A DNA stretch of 64,000 nt, taken from Sphaerodactylus townsendi (lineage: Eukaryota). The stretch spans positions 52,204,001 to 52,268,000 of the forward strand of contig NC_059433.1 in the NCBI RefSeq assembly GCF_021028975.2, read 5' to 3'. Under the pieces are notes generated by a model. That model worked only from the letters and a program-made list of their open reading frames with translations, did not search any database and was not told where the DNA came from. Of the stretch, positions 38,201 to 51,200 are shown piece by piece (within the stretch, counting starts at the first letter, position 1; each line of letters begins with the position of its first letter). The translations under genes were made by a program, and so were the position numbers.

Positions 38201-41200
38201 GCCTATATATAGTCTTCTTAATCTCATCTAAGTGCTGTGAAGTGCCTAGGAGTGCTATGAAAGGGCTATCCTACTAAAGCTTCCAGTTTAAAATATTTCT
38301 TACCGTGCCATTGGTCTCAGCACTTAGGTTTTTCAGTTTGGAGTTTGAAAAGTAAACTTCTATTAGTTTACAATACTTTGCAGCCTGTTGCAGTAACTCA
38401 GGCTCTTCACTGTGTAAAGTGCAGTATGATTTGTTTTCTTATTATAACAATCTTATCAGCGTTCATGATACTTGACTTACATAGAGCTTTTAACTGCTCA
38501 AAGTGTCTAACGTATTATTTTGCTGTCCCTAAAACAATTCTGTAACATAGGCCTGTATTGCAGTTATAGCTTAGGGGCAATAGCTTGCCTGAGGTCATCC
38601 AGTGATTGTATGGCACAGGCAAAATTTAAACAGGGAGCTTCCTGGTTCATAGTCACATTCTTTTACCCACCATACAGCATCCTACTGCCTCAACAATGGC
38701 CATTGTACGTTTAGGAAACTGAGATTTAAAGAAGGTTGGACAAAAAGTTGCCTGCAGATAACCACTGACTAGATTCTTAGACCACCACATGCTTACTGAT
38801 TGCTGGGATTTCTTCAAAGAATGCTAAATTATGTGATTGTTGGCAGAATCCAATAATACATTCTTTATGCTCTTGATTGAGATTTGGCATCACTGAAAAT
38901 CTGTAATGCCTTTAATGCAAGACACTTTGAATGTCCTCTTGCTCTTTCAATGTAAAACAAGTTGCTGAACGATATGGAATTTAGTATAAATAAATTAGAA
39001 GGCCAGGCTCTGGTTTCCAGATAGTGACTTACTCCAGGCTGTGAGAGACTTCTAGTTAAAGAGATATCTTTATCCGGCTTTGTCTACAGTGACATTGAGT
39101 ACAAAAAATGAGGAACAGTTTTGTGTTGCCCGCTATTTCTACACAACACAGAAGTGTCGCAGTGGATCAGTGATTATTGTTTGCATAGGGTGATTTTACA
39201 AGTGGTTGCGTTTTTCACGAACATTGTCATACTGACATTAAAAGCAAAACGTTAATAGATATGAGAGCAGTTGACATTATTTAGTATTATCCTTGTTAAC
39301 TACTTCAGTAACTTCACAGCAAGTAAAAGTTTTATATTAGTATATAGTTCAGATGCAAAGAAGAGTTACCCTACTAAAATGTTGTATACTTATTATCAAA
39401 AATAAGCTTACAAATTACTGATCTGCAAAGCAATGTAATAGCCTGCCCACTGAAATGTGAATTTTAAAAACCACTTTTATATTTTAAAAATTCTCAGAAA
39501 TATGGCTTTGAGGTTATGTTTTTTTTGAAAAAATGGTCCACTTTTATTTGTGATTTGAATGGCACACACAGCAATAACACAGCTGCAGTCTCATAGTAGC
39601 TTTTAATTGCAGATTTTCCATCACATAATCTAATTGGCCAAAGATAAAACAAACTTTCTTGTTCAACCAAGCATTTTTTTTAAAGCAACAGTTCAGGGCT
39701 CTGCAGGTGAATATCTGTGCCCATTGCTCTTATTTTGTGCCAGAGTTTGATAGAACTTGGACTAGAACTTGTTTTTAGTGTTTGGGTTCAGTTAAAAACA
39801 GATATGATAGATGGTCTGTGAGAATTTGTTGAGTGTCCTGTTTAACTCATTTTGTAACGAAAACAAGTCTTCCATGGTGCTCAGATTCCATTCAGGAGCA
39901 GTTTTCCTTGAAAATGCACACAGAAAGTGTAAATAGCTTATAAAAGTCTATATCTTTCCCTATGGTTTGGCCTGAGGTCAAGGAAAAACTAAGTAACAGA
40001 GCAGTTCTGCTAAAGGCAAAGACCATGCTCACAAAACACAGACTATCTGTTGGCTTCCTTTATCAATTTTCTGGATCCTGATCATGCAGAAAGCATGTAA
40101 ATGGCAGGTGTCTTTGCATGACAAAACAGGAAGCTTCTGAAACACAAGTACTTATTCAATAACTGAGGGAAGTTCAGTCAACCCTGAACTGAGCATTTCC
40201 AATGGATATGTGAAAACTATTTAAAGGGCTATACTTAAGCTGGACAATGTTCTGGGAATAAGGTGCTTTTAGTCACCTCCTGATTGCCTGGGGCAATTTC
40301 TGGTGGCCAATGGCAACCTAGTGTCTTAATAACAAAGTTGTTTATGTTCCTTATGATCCAGGGAACCTCTCCTAGTCTAAGAGTCATTTTCGTTTTCCAG
40401 AAGCATATAGCAAGGACTTCAGTTATTTTGTGACTTGTTATTTTTGAGGAGTGAAGTGTAGCATTACAAGAGACTTGTGCAATCAAAAAGCAAACGGATC
40501 TCAATCCTGCTGGGTAACTGCTTTCAGAAGAGCAGCTGGTGAAAATAGCATAGGCAGTATTGTTTGCACTCGTTTTCCCCATACTTGCCACTTATCACTT
40601 TTCAGGCCTTATTTTTCTCAACGTCTGCTTAAAGGAATATATTCACTTGGCTGTAATTCACAGGCCAATATTTTAAAAACTTTATGATTTGGGGTGAAAA
40701 AGCCATCAAAATCAGCTGTTAACATCTGCAGTATCAGTTGTGGATGAAGACAAGCTTTTGTGTGGCAGTTTCTCTTGATAACTACTGTTCTTAATGGTAT
40801 GCATTGCTTCTAAATAAATTCAGAAATTGTTGTTGCAATGTATATATAATGCTGGAGTTAATAATTCATTTTTGTAGTAATGAATCATTTTGTGCCTTGT
40901 TTAATGTGTTAGTCTGTAAAAAAAAGTACCCTTGGACTTAAAGCATTTAGCTATCTTTGGAGGAAAAAAGATGGCCCTGGTTTTTCTGGGATGTTTTAAA
41001 TGTTTAGAAAACACTTGATGCGGTCCTCCACCACTCCCTAGACTACAGCACTGCTCACCTGTGGAATATTTCAGAAAGTGAATCTGAGGCTATGTACCAG
41101 CATTATAAATGTTGCGTGTATTAACAGATGTTTCCTGTTTTGATGTTGGTGACATAACTAAATTCAAAGGCAATCAGCAATTGCAGCAATTAAGTTTAAA

Positions 41201-44200
41201 CAGTACATAAATTCCCATTATTTAGTCTGTAATGTAAAGTTATGTTGAGAGGTTCTAATTCAAAAACTGTTTCCCATGGCAACCACAAGGCACCATAAAT
41301 CTTAGCTGGAAACAAGAGTAGGAAATTTTAACAAGGTATTGTAAACCTTTTTTATCAAAACAGTAACTTCTTGCTTTGCTAATAGTGTACACTAAGGCCA
41401 TACCTCCTAGTGAAGGAGGAAGAACTGTTTTTGATGCAGCCTGACAGTAGTGGGATAAATGCTTGCTTTTAAAAAATCTGTCCCTTCAGGCTGTGTGCAC
41501 TTTGGCCATGTGCACTTGGCAGGTTTGCCTTAAAATGGAGCTCAGTGGGGAAGCAGGGGAAGCTTTAGATCAGAGGTGTCAAAATCATTTGTTACGAGAG
41601 CCAGATATGCATCAAATGTGACTTGGTTGGGCTGCCTCAGCTAGCACCCTCATAGTAGCCCAGATCAGAACCCTCTGAGACAACCCCCCACACACACACA
41701 CCTGGCCTGGCCCAGGAGTAAGGGAGTTGCTTCAGCTGGCTTGCAGGCCACATCCAGCCCCCAGGTCACATGTTTGACACCCCTGCTTTCGTTAAACAGC
41801 TTAAGCTTTTCTGCATCAGTCTAAGATATAGAGCAGTGGTTCTCAACCTTCTTAATGCTGCGACCCTTTAATACAGTTCCTCATGTTGTGGTGACCCCCA
41901 ACCCTAACATTTATCCATTTTACAGATGGAGAACACTGATGCAAAGAGTCTTAGGCGACCCCTGTGAAAGGGTCGTTCAACCCCAAAGGGGTCCCGACCC
42001 ACAGGTTGAGAACCACTGATATAGAGTCATGGCTCCGGCCAGCCCAAGTAGATTGTTCTTCAGCATCTCAATTGCAGCTGCCTGAACAAATGAGAATCAA
42101 GCTTCTTATATATTTAAGTTCAGGTGTCTATCCTTTATTCTATTGCAGTCATCTGTTAAATTCAGTTGGCACTTTCCTCAGCTCTGTCTCCCAAAATAGC
42201 CACATGAGCATGCTCGTGGTTAGAGCAACTTAGAGTAAGCACTGTATACTTGCATAATAGTTGACCTACACAAGGAATCAAGTGTGTCCGTGTCTGGAGC
42301 AGTTACTTGATGCATGAATATCAGCTGACTTTGAGTCTCTTTTGAAACTGTTCCTTTTATGGGGAAATGATGTGCTGAATGTACAGGGTTTTTGTTTTTT
42401 TAATCCACTCTGAGGAATATGTGTTTCTGGCTTCAGTAAACATGAAGGGAGGAGAATTATATAAGCTGTAGCAATGCAATAAAATTTTAAAAATTAATTA
42501 ATGGAATAAGAAGGGCTTACTGAAGCTCCTTCAACTGAAGATGGTTTCTGTCCGTGCCTTGACCAACAGCCTAACAAATGCTGTTGTTGGGAACCTGTCA
42601 CATGAGACTTATTTTTCATTCTGATTTCTAGCCTGAACTAGAAACTGAGTAATAGAAGTCATATAAGCTTCTAATTTGCAAGATATTCCGTGAACAATGC
42701 AGTTTTAAATCCCACTGTCCATTAATAGGCTGTGAGGTAACAACCTGCAAAATTCCCAAAAGCCCAGGAAGCACCCATTAGGTGGCAAAGGAACATCAAA
42801 CAGGCCGTGTCTTTCGGCATTGCCCTTTAAGAGCCACTTTGGCTGTAGGCTGCTTAAGTAGACTAGTTGTCAGCCCTGCCTTCCCCCACTCAGCTGCAGA
42901 TGTTCAGCAGCAAACATTAAGCCCCGGGGACTCACAGTCACATGCTAACACTTGAACTCTAGCCAAGACATGTAGACAGATGTATCTGCTAAACTCTGTA
43001 TTGCTCCCTACTGCAGTGCTTATAAACCCTTATAAATTAGGACTTTTATTTCACGACTAAGAAAAATGAATTTATGAAAGGAAAAAACCACTTTTTATCA
43101 ACCTCCCAAATAAAAAAATTGGGATAATAAATGGAACCAATTGCTTTAAAATGGAGCCTATGAAAATATGCTAAATTTCACACGTTAAACATGGATCAAA
43201 CTAGTTTGATGCTTTGCTACAGAATTTAAAATTCAAATTGTTGTATTGTGTCAAAACCATTCATTAATTAGGCAGGTTTATTTTTCTCAGTAGTTTGTAG
43301 GTAATGTGTTCCTCTGTAAAGTGTTTTCCATGGAAAAAAGTAAAAAGGTGTGGGTTTGCTTTCACATCCTGCATGTGAGCTCCCAAAGGCATCTGGTGGG
43401 TCACTGCGAGTAGCAGAGTGCTGGACTGGATGGACTCTGGTCTGATCCAGCAGGCTCTTTCTTATGTTTGTAATATTTGTAATGGACAGCATGTCATGCT
43501 ATCAGGTGAAATGAGGCAATCTGTAATTTTGAACATTGCCATTTATATTGCTTCCTTTTTCCGAACAGTTAAAGTCCCTCGTAATTTTCGTTTGCTGGAA
43601 GAACTTGAAGAAGGTCAGAAAGGAGTTGGAGATGGTACAGTAAGCTGGGGCCTTGAAGATGATGAAGACATGACACTTACAAGGTGGACAGGCATGATTA
43701 TTGGACCACCAAGGGTCAGTGGTACAAGTCAACTTTCATTTTTAAAAAATATATGTTTCAACAAAGCTGAAATTCATGGTAGCCATTATTAAACTAAAGT
43801 AAAATCCTTTAGGGGTAGATTTTAGTATTCCATGTCAGTCATTTTGCAACCAGTAGCTGTCTACAATCTTGCTTCCTTAGAGCTGGATGATAAAAAATAT
43901 GCAGAGGGTTTTTTAAAAAAAATAATTCACATCTCCTATCATTAAGAGTAATGACTTTCTTACGCACATTACCTAAGCTATCAAATTTATATTGACATGA
44001 TTTGCCTTTAGTTGCTTCTAGTTCAGGGGTTTGGTTCAGCACAAGTACAGAGCCCTGCTGGGTGTATTCAAACTATTTTGCTGGTAGCATTAGGCACCTC
44101 CGATGGCACTGTGATTTCAACTCTGCCAAGAAATCAAACTTCTTCTTTTAGAAGCTTTAAATGTTTTCAACTGTAGTTGAGTGGCATGTATAAAAAATCT

Positions 44201-47200
44201 TGTCTCTTAGTTTGACTGGGCTTTCAGCACAGTATTCTCTTCTTTCTTGTGTGTGTGTATGTATGTGGTGGGGGTGGTCCTATGCTGGCATTACAGAGTG
44301 ACAAAAAAGGTGGGTAGGAGATGAGACAATGGGTCTTTCAGACTAATGCATATAAAAAGCAATTGCTTTCTCTTCAGTTTTTCACAGACTTAAATGTAGA
44401 CTGCAGACTAGTTACTGTTTGAGGCAAAGCAGGGTGGGACTGGGGTTCAGATCAGATTCCTTTTTTGGTGTGGAGGAGTGGTGTTGGTGTTAGGAGCCCA
44501 CTGTGTCTCCTAAGCTACCTGTCTGTTGCTTCTCACCCTCTGACTGCAGCCTCCCAGGTGTGATTCAGAAGATTAAAGTTGGAGGAGAATGATTGGATGG
44601 GTGAGCAGTGACATCTAGTTTATCTAGGAGTGCCTAGGCACTACTGTTTGATAGGGCAGGCATTTTGCTAGAATTAGTGTAAAGAGGTAAATTTGAAGGC
44701 TCTTGGTATGCACAAAGTGACAGCAAAGCAGTTTTGTTACAAAGTTTCTGTGATTCTGTCAAAAAATGACAGTTGTTTATAGAATGTATGAAACCAACAG
44801 GCAAAAACATTTATATCAGCATAGAACTGTTTGAACTGCTATGCCTTTAGGCATGCCTCAGTTTTATTTATTAGTTTTATAAAACATTCCACCCAAATAG
44901 GTTCTCTAGGGCAGCCTGATCAAAACATTTGGACATTAAAGCAGCATTTAAAATAATATATAAAATAATGCAATAATTCAAATAATTCAATAAACTGGAG
45001 CTTATTCCCGTTGCAGGCATTCTATATCATCTTTCTATATTGTCCCATTGCAGGCATTCTGTATTATCCTTCACTTAATTTTTTATGCTGCTTTTCAACA
45101 ACAACACTGTTTTCACAGGTGCAACCAACGAAATAGTTCACATTTACTGTGTGGGAAGTTATTAGCCTCTGGTTCTTGGCTTTTTTTACTGACTTGCTCA
45201 AACTGTCTCCTGGGGAAATTAAGAACTCTTCCTTACTGGCCCACATAGTCATTATCAGAATTTTTACAAGGATCTTTTTCATGCAGTGAATTGGCAAAAA
45301 GGCATTAGACCCCTGTTGGAAGCATAAGGAAATAGTAGGCAATGATGTAAAGATATTTTTAGTGAAATTTGAAGGAGGTTGCCACACGCCAAGATTAAAA
45401 ATTCTAACTGAAGTTGGAGAGGTGCTGCTACTAATTCTAGGAGTGGTTTACAAACTTTGTGGTTTAAAAATTTGTCCTGAAGGCCAAACAGCAGCAGGTG
45501 TTGGAGCCCAGTCTCTTGTTCCGCATGGATTTGTTTGGGATAGTGCGATCTGTTTCTTGAAACTCTACCTTCCTCTTCTGCTTACTGCTTTCTGGGTAGG
45601 AGTTTTAAAACATCTTTGACACAGTGGGTAAAGCTGAGGTTTCTTCATCTTACAGTATAGGATGGGGGTTCTAGCAGTAAGCTGACAGAGAATAAATATG
45701 GGGTGCTTTATTTGTTGTGAAAACACAGCCTACATCAGATTGACTGAAAGGAAGAATTCTGTATTGGTAGGAAAGCATATATTAAAATGCTGGTGTAAAC
45801 TTCTTCCTGCTGTGAAGAGGAAAAGCAGCTGCAGAATAGGTAAGATGATAACCAGTCCCAGATGAAGAGAAGCCAGAAGGGTAAAGGACAATCTGCAAAG
45901 AAGTCTCAAGTTCTCTAGGTTAGCCCTATCTCATCAGATCTGGGAAGCTCAGCAGGGTTGGCTGTAGTTAGTGTTTGAATGGGAGATCACTAAGTGTTGA
46001 TGCACAGGGGCAGGCAGTGGCAAACCACTTCTGAACAAAGGACATTCTGCAAAGAAGTCTCCAGTCTTGTATAGTTTCCCCCCAAATTTTCAAGGTTCCC
46101 ATATGTATCTGTGCTTTTGGAAATGTACGTTCTTTCAGTAATGCTTCTGTGTCATGAAATGTAGTACTTTTTTTCAGTTTCAAAGCCCATCATATACATT
46201 CACAATCCTTACAGAAGCTTTGCAACATAGATCAGTGTTATACCCATATGACAAATGTAGAACTGAAACAAGGGGGCATTAATAGAAATTTCAGTTCATG
46301 TTCTGAATAACCACAATACCGTTTTGATAGCAAATCTGTTTTATATGTAGTGGCTTAGATTTATAGCAGTGGATTTAGTCCTCGTTCACTCAGAAAAGAA
46401 TTACAAAGGAATTGCTCAGTTAAGATTAGATTAGTACTTTTCTCCTATGGCCACAGTTTTTCCAGGCTGATTTGTACATGCTTGATTTTTGTGATAACTC
46501 AGTAACTTGAAAGCTTCAGGCATACTTGATCTGAGTTATTCCTACTGCAAGATAGTTCTGCCGCTGTGACAGAACAATTGATTGTGATCTGTCGGTAGCT
46601 AATTGCTTAATTAATCATTGGGCACTAAAGCCAAAAGAATCTAAATAACAGGTAGTTTACTTCATCACATATTTTCAAAATAATAAGAGTTAATATTTTG
46701 TTGAGGTACAAAAAGGACTACAAAGAAGGGCTCATTGATACTACCTCAGTAAACACATCCATGTCTAACATGACTTCTTAATTCTGCCAAGGTTATCAAT
46801 AAGTTTGCTTTGTCTTGCTGTTGAAGTGCCTGTAAAAAACATGGTTAAATGCTATTTTTGACAAAATCTTGAGACACAAAATACCCTGTAGCAGATGTGA
46901 AGGATTTTCACACATTTATATCTGAGCACAGTGTTGCTAGATATTGAAGGAACCTGCCTGAGCTCACTTGACTCTTTTTATTCCAAAGTTCTTTTGGGGT
47001 TGTTGGCTATCCTTCTTATATTCCCTTTGGCTGATTCCGCATGGGCCAAAAACAGCAGTGTGAAAACGGTGTGAAAACGGTGTAAAAGGGGTTAAAATGG
47101 TGTAAAAGGGTTTATACTGTTTTCACACCATTTTCACACTGCTGTTTTTGGCCCATGCGGAATCAGCCTATGTTTTATATACACATTTCTCTCTCTTATC

Positions 47201-50200
47201 TCAATTTATTTTATTTTTAATCCACATTTCTCCTATGGCAAGCCTCCGATCAGATTGCAGTGGAAATTAAAACATGTCAAACATAAAATTCACGGTTAAA
47301 ACCTGTGCGCATGTAAGAAAAACCCAATAACTGGTCAAATTAGCTGTTGCTGTCCTAAATAGCAACAGACCTACATTGTCATCCTTAGTAGTCTACCTCT
47401 TTGTCAACTGACAAAGTTCTCCTAAGTATCTTGGCCTTGCATATTTCACGGACGGGTGGCTGTAACAGAGAAGGCTGGGCACAGCTTAATTAACGTCTGT
47501 CTTTGCAATAATGGTGGCATTTGTAGATTGAGTAAGAGAAGTACTAGTTATTGCTCTGGTTATATATGTAAAAATCTTAAAAATGGGATCATTGGGTATA
47601 ATATCTAATCACACTTCAAGGGTGTCTGGAATACTTAAAATATCTTGCTATGAAAGTAGTGGCAGCAGCCCCAACTTGCTGCCGATTAGGGCAGATAATT
47701 GTATTTGTATTTATCTTCGTCCCATCATAGAAGAACTTACAGAGGAGTTTGTTCATCTTAGGAGTTTGTTCATCCAGCCAGGTGCTGTGCATGTGTATCC
47801 CCAGGTGTGCAGGAAACCTCACATAAAAGTAAGATCTGCACACATGTCTTTCCTCTCTCAACCAACAACTAGTTGCACAGTGGGAGCCCTTTTAATAGCC
47901 AAAATCCCCTCACATCATCTGTTCAGATAGAAGAGTGGACAAGAGAATTCAGTCCCTGCTGCAGCTCATTCCCTGATGAGCAACATTTTAGGTATTTTGG
48001 ATGTGCTTAATCTGTTCACCAGAACTGGGTCAACCGGCATCATTTCATTATTTAATAGTGCCTTTTGCAAGTGTATTTTCATATCATGAATAATTCTTTC
48101 TCTTTCATTACTAGACAAATTATGAAAACAGAATATACAGCTTGAAAGTAGAGTGTGGCCCTAAATATCCAGAAGCACCTCCAACAGTTAGATTTGTAAC
48201 TAAAATTAATATGAACGGAATAAATAATTCCAATGGAATGGTAAGTTAACAGTGTATTATGAGCAACCTGTTTCACTTCACAAAAAAGCTGTCGGGGATT
48301 ATGATGGGTAGGAAATAATGTATTTGTTTCCCATTACATGTCTTGAACTGAACCTTGCTGGTTCAGAGACACAATTATCTAATACACAATTCTCTTTCCC
48401 CCAGTAGCCCACAGAAGGAACACAGAGGCCAAAACTTCCCCTATTGCTGCCTCCCAGCATCTTGTATTCAGAATTAAACTGCTTCCAAATAGGGAGATTC
48501 CAGTCACCCATCATAACTGTTAATTAATCTTTCACTTGTGAATTTTTCCCTTACGTTTGTGCAGAGGGAAAAACCCACAAATGATTACGCATGTGTATCT
48601 CTGACCCACATGTCCACACTAGGAAAGAAATACATCTAGAATGTATGTTGAGAGTCCTTATATACTAATTATGGGAAACTCTTTCAGAATGCCGTAGAAT
48701 AAATTACATAGATTGATCAGTTATTGTTTGCTTTGTGCCGAATTCATGTATCAGTTGTTTAAACTGCACAATTACATACACAGTCAAGGCGTTAATCATC
48801 GTATTTTTGATGCACATCTTTATGCTGTACCCAAAGCTGAAGAAGTTACATAATGAAAGTGAAAATCAATCTCAATCAAATCTAGAAAGTAAAGTGCAAA
48901 ATAACAGGCTTAGCTGCGTTTCCCTGTCAAGTGACTCTGTGTTTACGTTGTATTGATGTATGTAGTTTGTGTTCAGGTCAAATAGGAAACCAAATGTTTA
49001 AACTGGAATGAGATAGACAGAGCTCCATGGCTACTAGCAGTCCTTTACCTTTCCTTCACCTGGAGTTCAGACAACTCAAAATGCAGCTCCAGTTTTTCAT
49101 CAAAGTTAGATGTTGCCGTTGTGAAAGGGTATCTTTCAGCAGTGCATTAGAAAAATGTGAATAAATTGATTTCGCTGCAGTCTTGCTTGTTGTTACTGGG
49201 TAATGTGTGATTGTGTCCTATTCGTGTTTTTAGTTTGGTATTGTGAATTGCTTTGGAAATGTAAACCAAGTTATCTGACAGTAAAATAAAGGAGTAATGC
49301 CTTGAGCAGTCAGTTGTGGAGAAGCGAGACATGGATGTGGAGATAATGCACTGCCCCTTCTCTCCTGTACTGCTGAGTTCTTTTCTTTTCCTTGTGTATT
49401 CCCCTAACAGGCAAAACAACAGCTTAGGTCAGGAAAAGGTTTCAGGGAGGAAAAAGTTCTACACATCCCTCCCACTTGTGCATATCCCTCTCTGCCTTGT
49501 CCTGCAGCTGCTATTTTGCAATAAAAATATGCTGAAAGATCTGTTTCCAGCACCTTTGGTGCCCCAGATGCCTGTGTTCTTCAGTAGCTTCCTAGTATAT
49601 CACAGGAGTTTGTTGTATTGGTTGGTGTTAAAATGCTGGTAGCTATGAAGTCTTCTTTTTAAATAGCTTGAATTTTGTTCACTCACCAAATTCTGTGTAT
49701 GGAACAGTTTGTCTTTTTAAATATAAAACTTTAATCACATCTTTCTCAAGTTACCCTTGAAAAAATGCACAATGACATGATAATAAATTAATGCTTTTGG
49801 TATGGAGTTGTGTCTAATGATTGTTGTCTGTCAATAGAGCTAGGGAGCCATTTTTACCTATTCTTGCCACTGCCACCACACATTCTGTAGATCTCTTCAT
49901 GCACAGCGCAGATTCTGCCACATCCCTGGAACACTGGAGGCAGCATTTGAGGGGATGCAGTGGGAGAGGACAAGAGGCAGGAAAATTGTGTTCTGAGAAT
50001 AGTGTGCAGCACATATATACTTGGATTCAAACCAATATTCACAAGTTTCTTTGGAATGTGTTGCTTTAAGGTAGCCTAGCCTAACCATAAACCTTCTCAC
50101 CCTCATTTTTTATGGTTTGTATTTTAGTAGGAGTGGTTCCCACACCCAGGAAAATCTTTTATAGTAACAGCCAAAAAAATCCTCACCTTGAATATATACA

Positions 50201-50534
50201 TTCATGATGCTTAATGACGAGGTATAGATAACTTTTGCTCATGGAACCAGTTTTAGCACCAAGCTGTATTGCTTAACCTTCTGGTGTGTGTTTGAAGATT
50301 AAATGCAAGATGGATACTACAATTGTAAAATTAGGTATTCTGCATTCTTTATTCCCTATTTAAACGTATGCTTTCTGTCCTTNNNNNNNNNNNNNNNNNN
50401 NNNNNNNNNNNNNNNNNNNNNNNNNNNNNNNNNNNNNNNNNNNNNNNNNNNNNNNNNNNNNNNNNNNNNNNNNNNNNNNNNNNNNNNNNNNNNNNNNNNN
50501 NNNNNNNNNNNNNNGACAAACTTACAACAATTAA
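34932..50534 (+). CDS. UBE2V2: Ubiquitin-conjugating enzyme E2 variant 2 (MMS2), ~144 aa, 4 exons; exon 4 mostly in N gap
   Basis: Exons 34932-34947, 43569-43714, 48115-48240, ~50388-50534; [48 protein letters not shown]; conserved synteny downstream of MCM4. Confidence 0.95.
37665..37805. mobile_element. 141-bp PIF/Harbinger-like MITE, copy 2
   Basis: Near-identical to 7184-7324; 3-bp TSD TCA. Confidence 0.85.
41571..41785. mobile_element. hAT (Charlie-like) MITE
   Basis: TIRs CAGAGGTGTCAAA / TTTGACACCCCTG; degenerate 8-bp TSD CTTTAGAT/CTTTCGTT. Confidence 0.7.
41834..42018 (-). mobile_element. SPIN (Space Invader)/URR1-type non-autonomous hAT element
   Basis: TIRs CAGTGGTTCTCAACCT / AGGTTGAGAACCACTG, perfect 8-bp TSD ATATAGAG; subterminal GCGACCCTTTAATACAGTTCCTCATGTTGTGGTGACCCCCAACC and TCTTAGGCGACCCCTGTGAAAGGGTCGTTC match SPIN/URR1 as recalled. 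Confidence 0.88.
43569..43714 (+). CDS. UBE2V2: UBE2V2 exon 2
   Basis: [49 protein letters not shown]. Confidence 0.96.
45915..46036 (+). mobile_element. 5S rRNA-derived SINE, 3' truncated
   Basis: ATCTCATCAGATCTGGGAAGCTCAGCAGGG..GTTAGTGTTTGAATGGGAGA..GGCAGTGGCAAACCACTTCTG. Confidence 0.7.
47029..47168. mobile_element. Palindromic PIF/Harbinger-like MITE
   Basis: 38-bp perfect inverted arms GGCTGATTCCGCATGGGCCAAAAACAGCAGTGTGAAAA; internal GGTGT(G/A)AAA repeats. Confidence 0.8.
48115..48240 (+). CDS. UBE2V2: UBE2V2 exon 3
   Basis: [42 protein letters not shown]. Confidence 0.96.
50383..50514. other. Assembly gap or masked stretch, 132 N
   Basis: Run of n. Confidence 0.99.
50388..50534 (+). 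CDS. UBE2V2: UBE2V2 exon 4 coding part (start inferred; only last 20 nt visible)
   Basis: GA CAA ACT TAC AAC AAT TAA = (G)QTYNN* directly after the gap; polypyrimidine tract directly before the gap. Confidence 0.8.
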   Translation, partial: XXXXXXXXXXXXXXXXXXXXXXXXXXXXXXXXXXXXXXXXXXXQTYNN

Positions 50535-51194
50535 TTTTAGCTGAATCCGAAACTTGTCTTAAACAACTTCTACTTATGTTAATGTCTTGATTCAATCTCA
50601 CAGTGCAAAACTACCCACACATTAAGAGTTTTCTTCTGGTATACATGAACTGGACATATGAAAGAATATATATATGTGTGTGTGTGTAGGTATATATGCA
50701 TATATACACACATATATATCTATGCCCCATATGTTTTCAGGCACAATCAGAGAGAAAAGGCAGCACATTTTTTTTCGTCTTTAGCAAGGCACTATCATTT
50801 TAACATAAGCCTGAAGTAGCCTAAAATTGGAGCTCCAGTGTTTCGAGACGAAAGCATGACAAGAAGTGCCAGGTTGCTGTGGAGTAAGATGTTTCAGAAA
50901 AACCTTTTCTCAAGAAGAAAAAGAAATAAAAATGGCATGCTTTATCCATCTTGCTTTAGTCAAAGAGCTGCGGGTGAAATTGTTTTAAAGTAGTGGGTAC
51001 TGCAACTACCATTGCTCAACTTGTTTAATTTTTTGCAAAGGTGTGGGTGCTGAATGCTAGTAGTGTCACAGAATACAGTCAGGATTGTTTTGATACTTGT
51101 ATTTATAAAATGAGGGAATGATTTTTCTCTTAAGCGGCTCCTGTGTGTTACATGTAATGGACATTGCAAAATATTTGTTTACAGTCTTTGTTCT

Positions 51195-51200
51195 AATAAA
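51195..51200 (+). terminator. Probable UBE2V2 polyadenylation signal (alternative AATAAA at 50925-50930)
   Basis: TTGTTCTAATAAACCATGCATTT in AT-rich 3' UTR. Confidence 0.55.
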
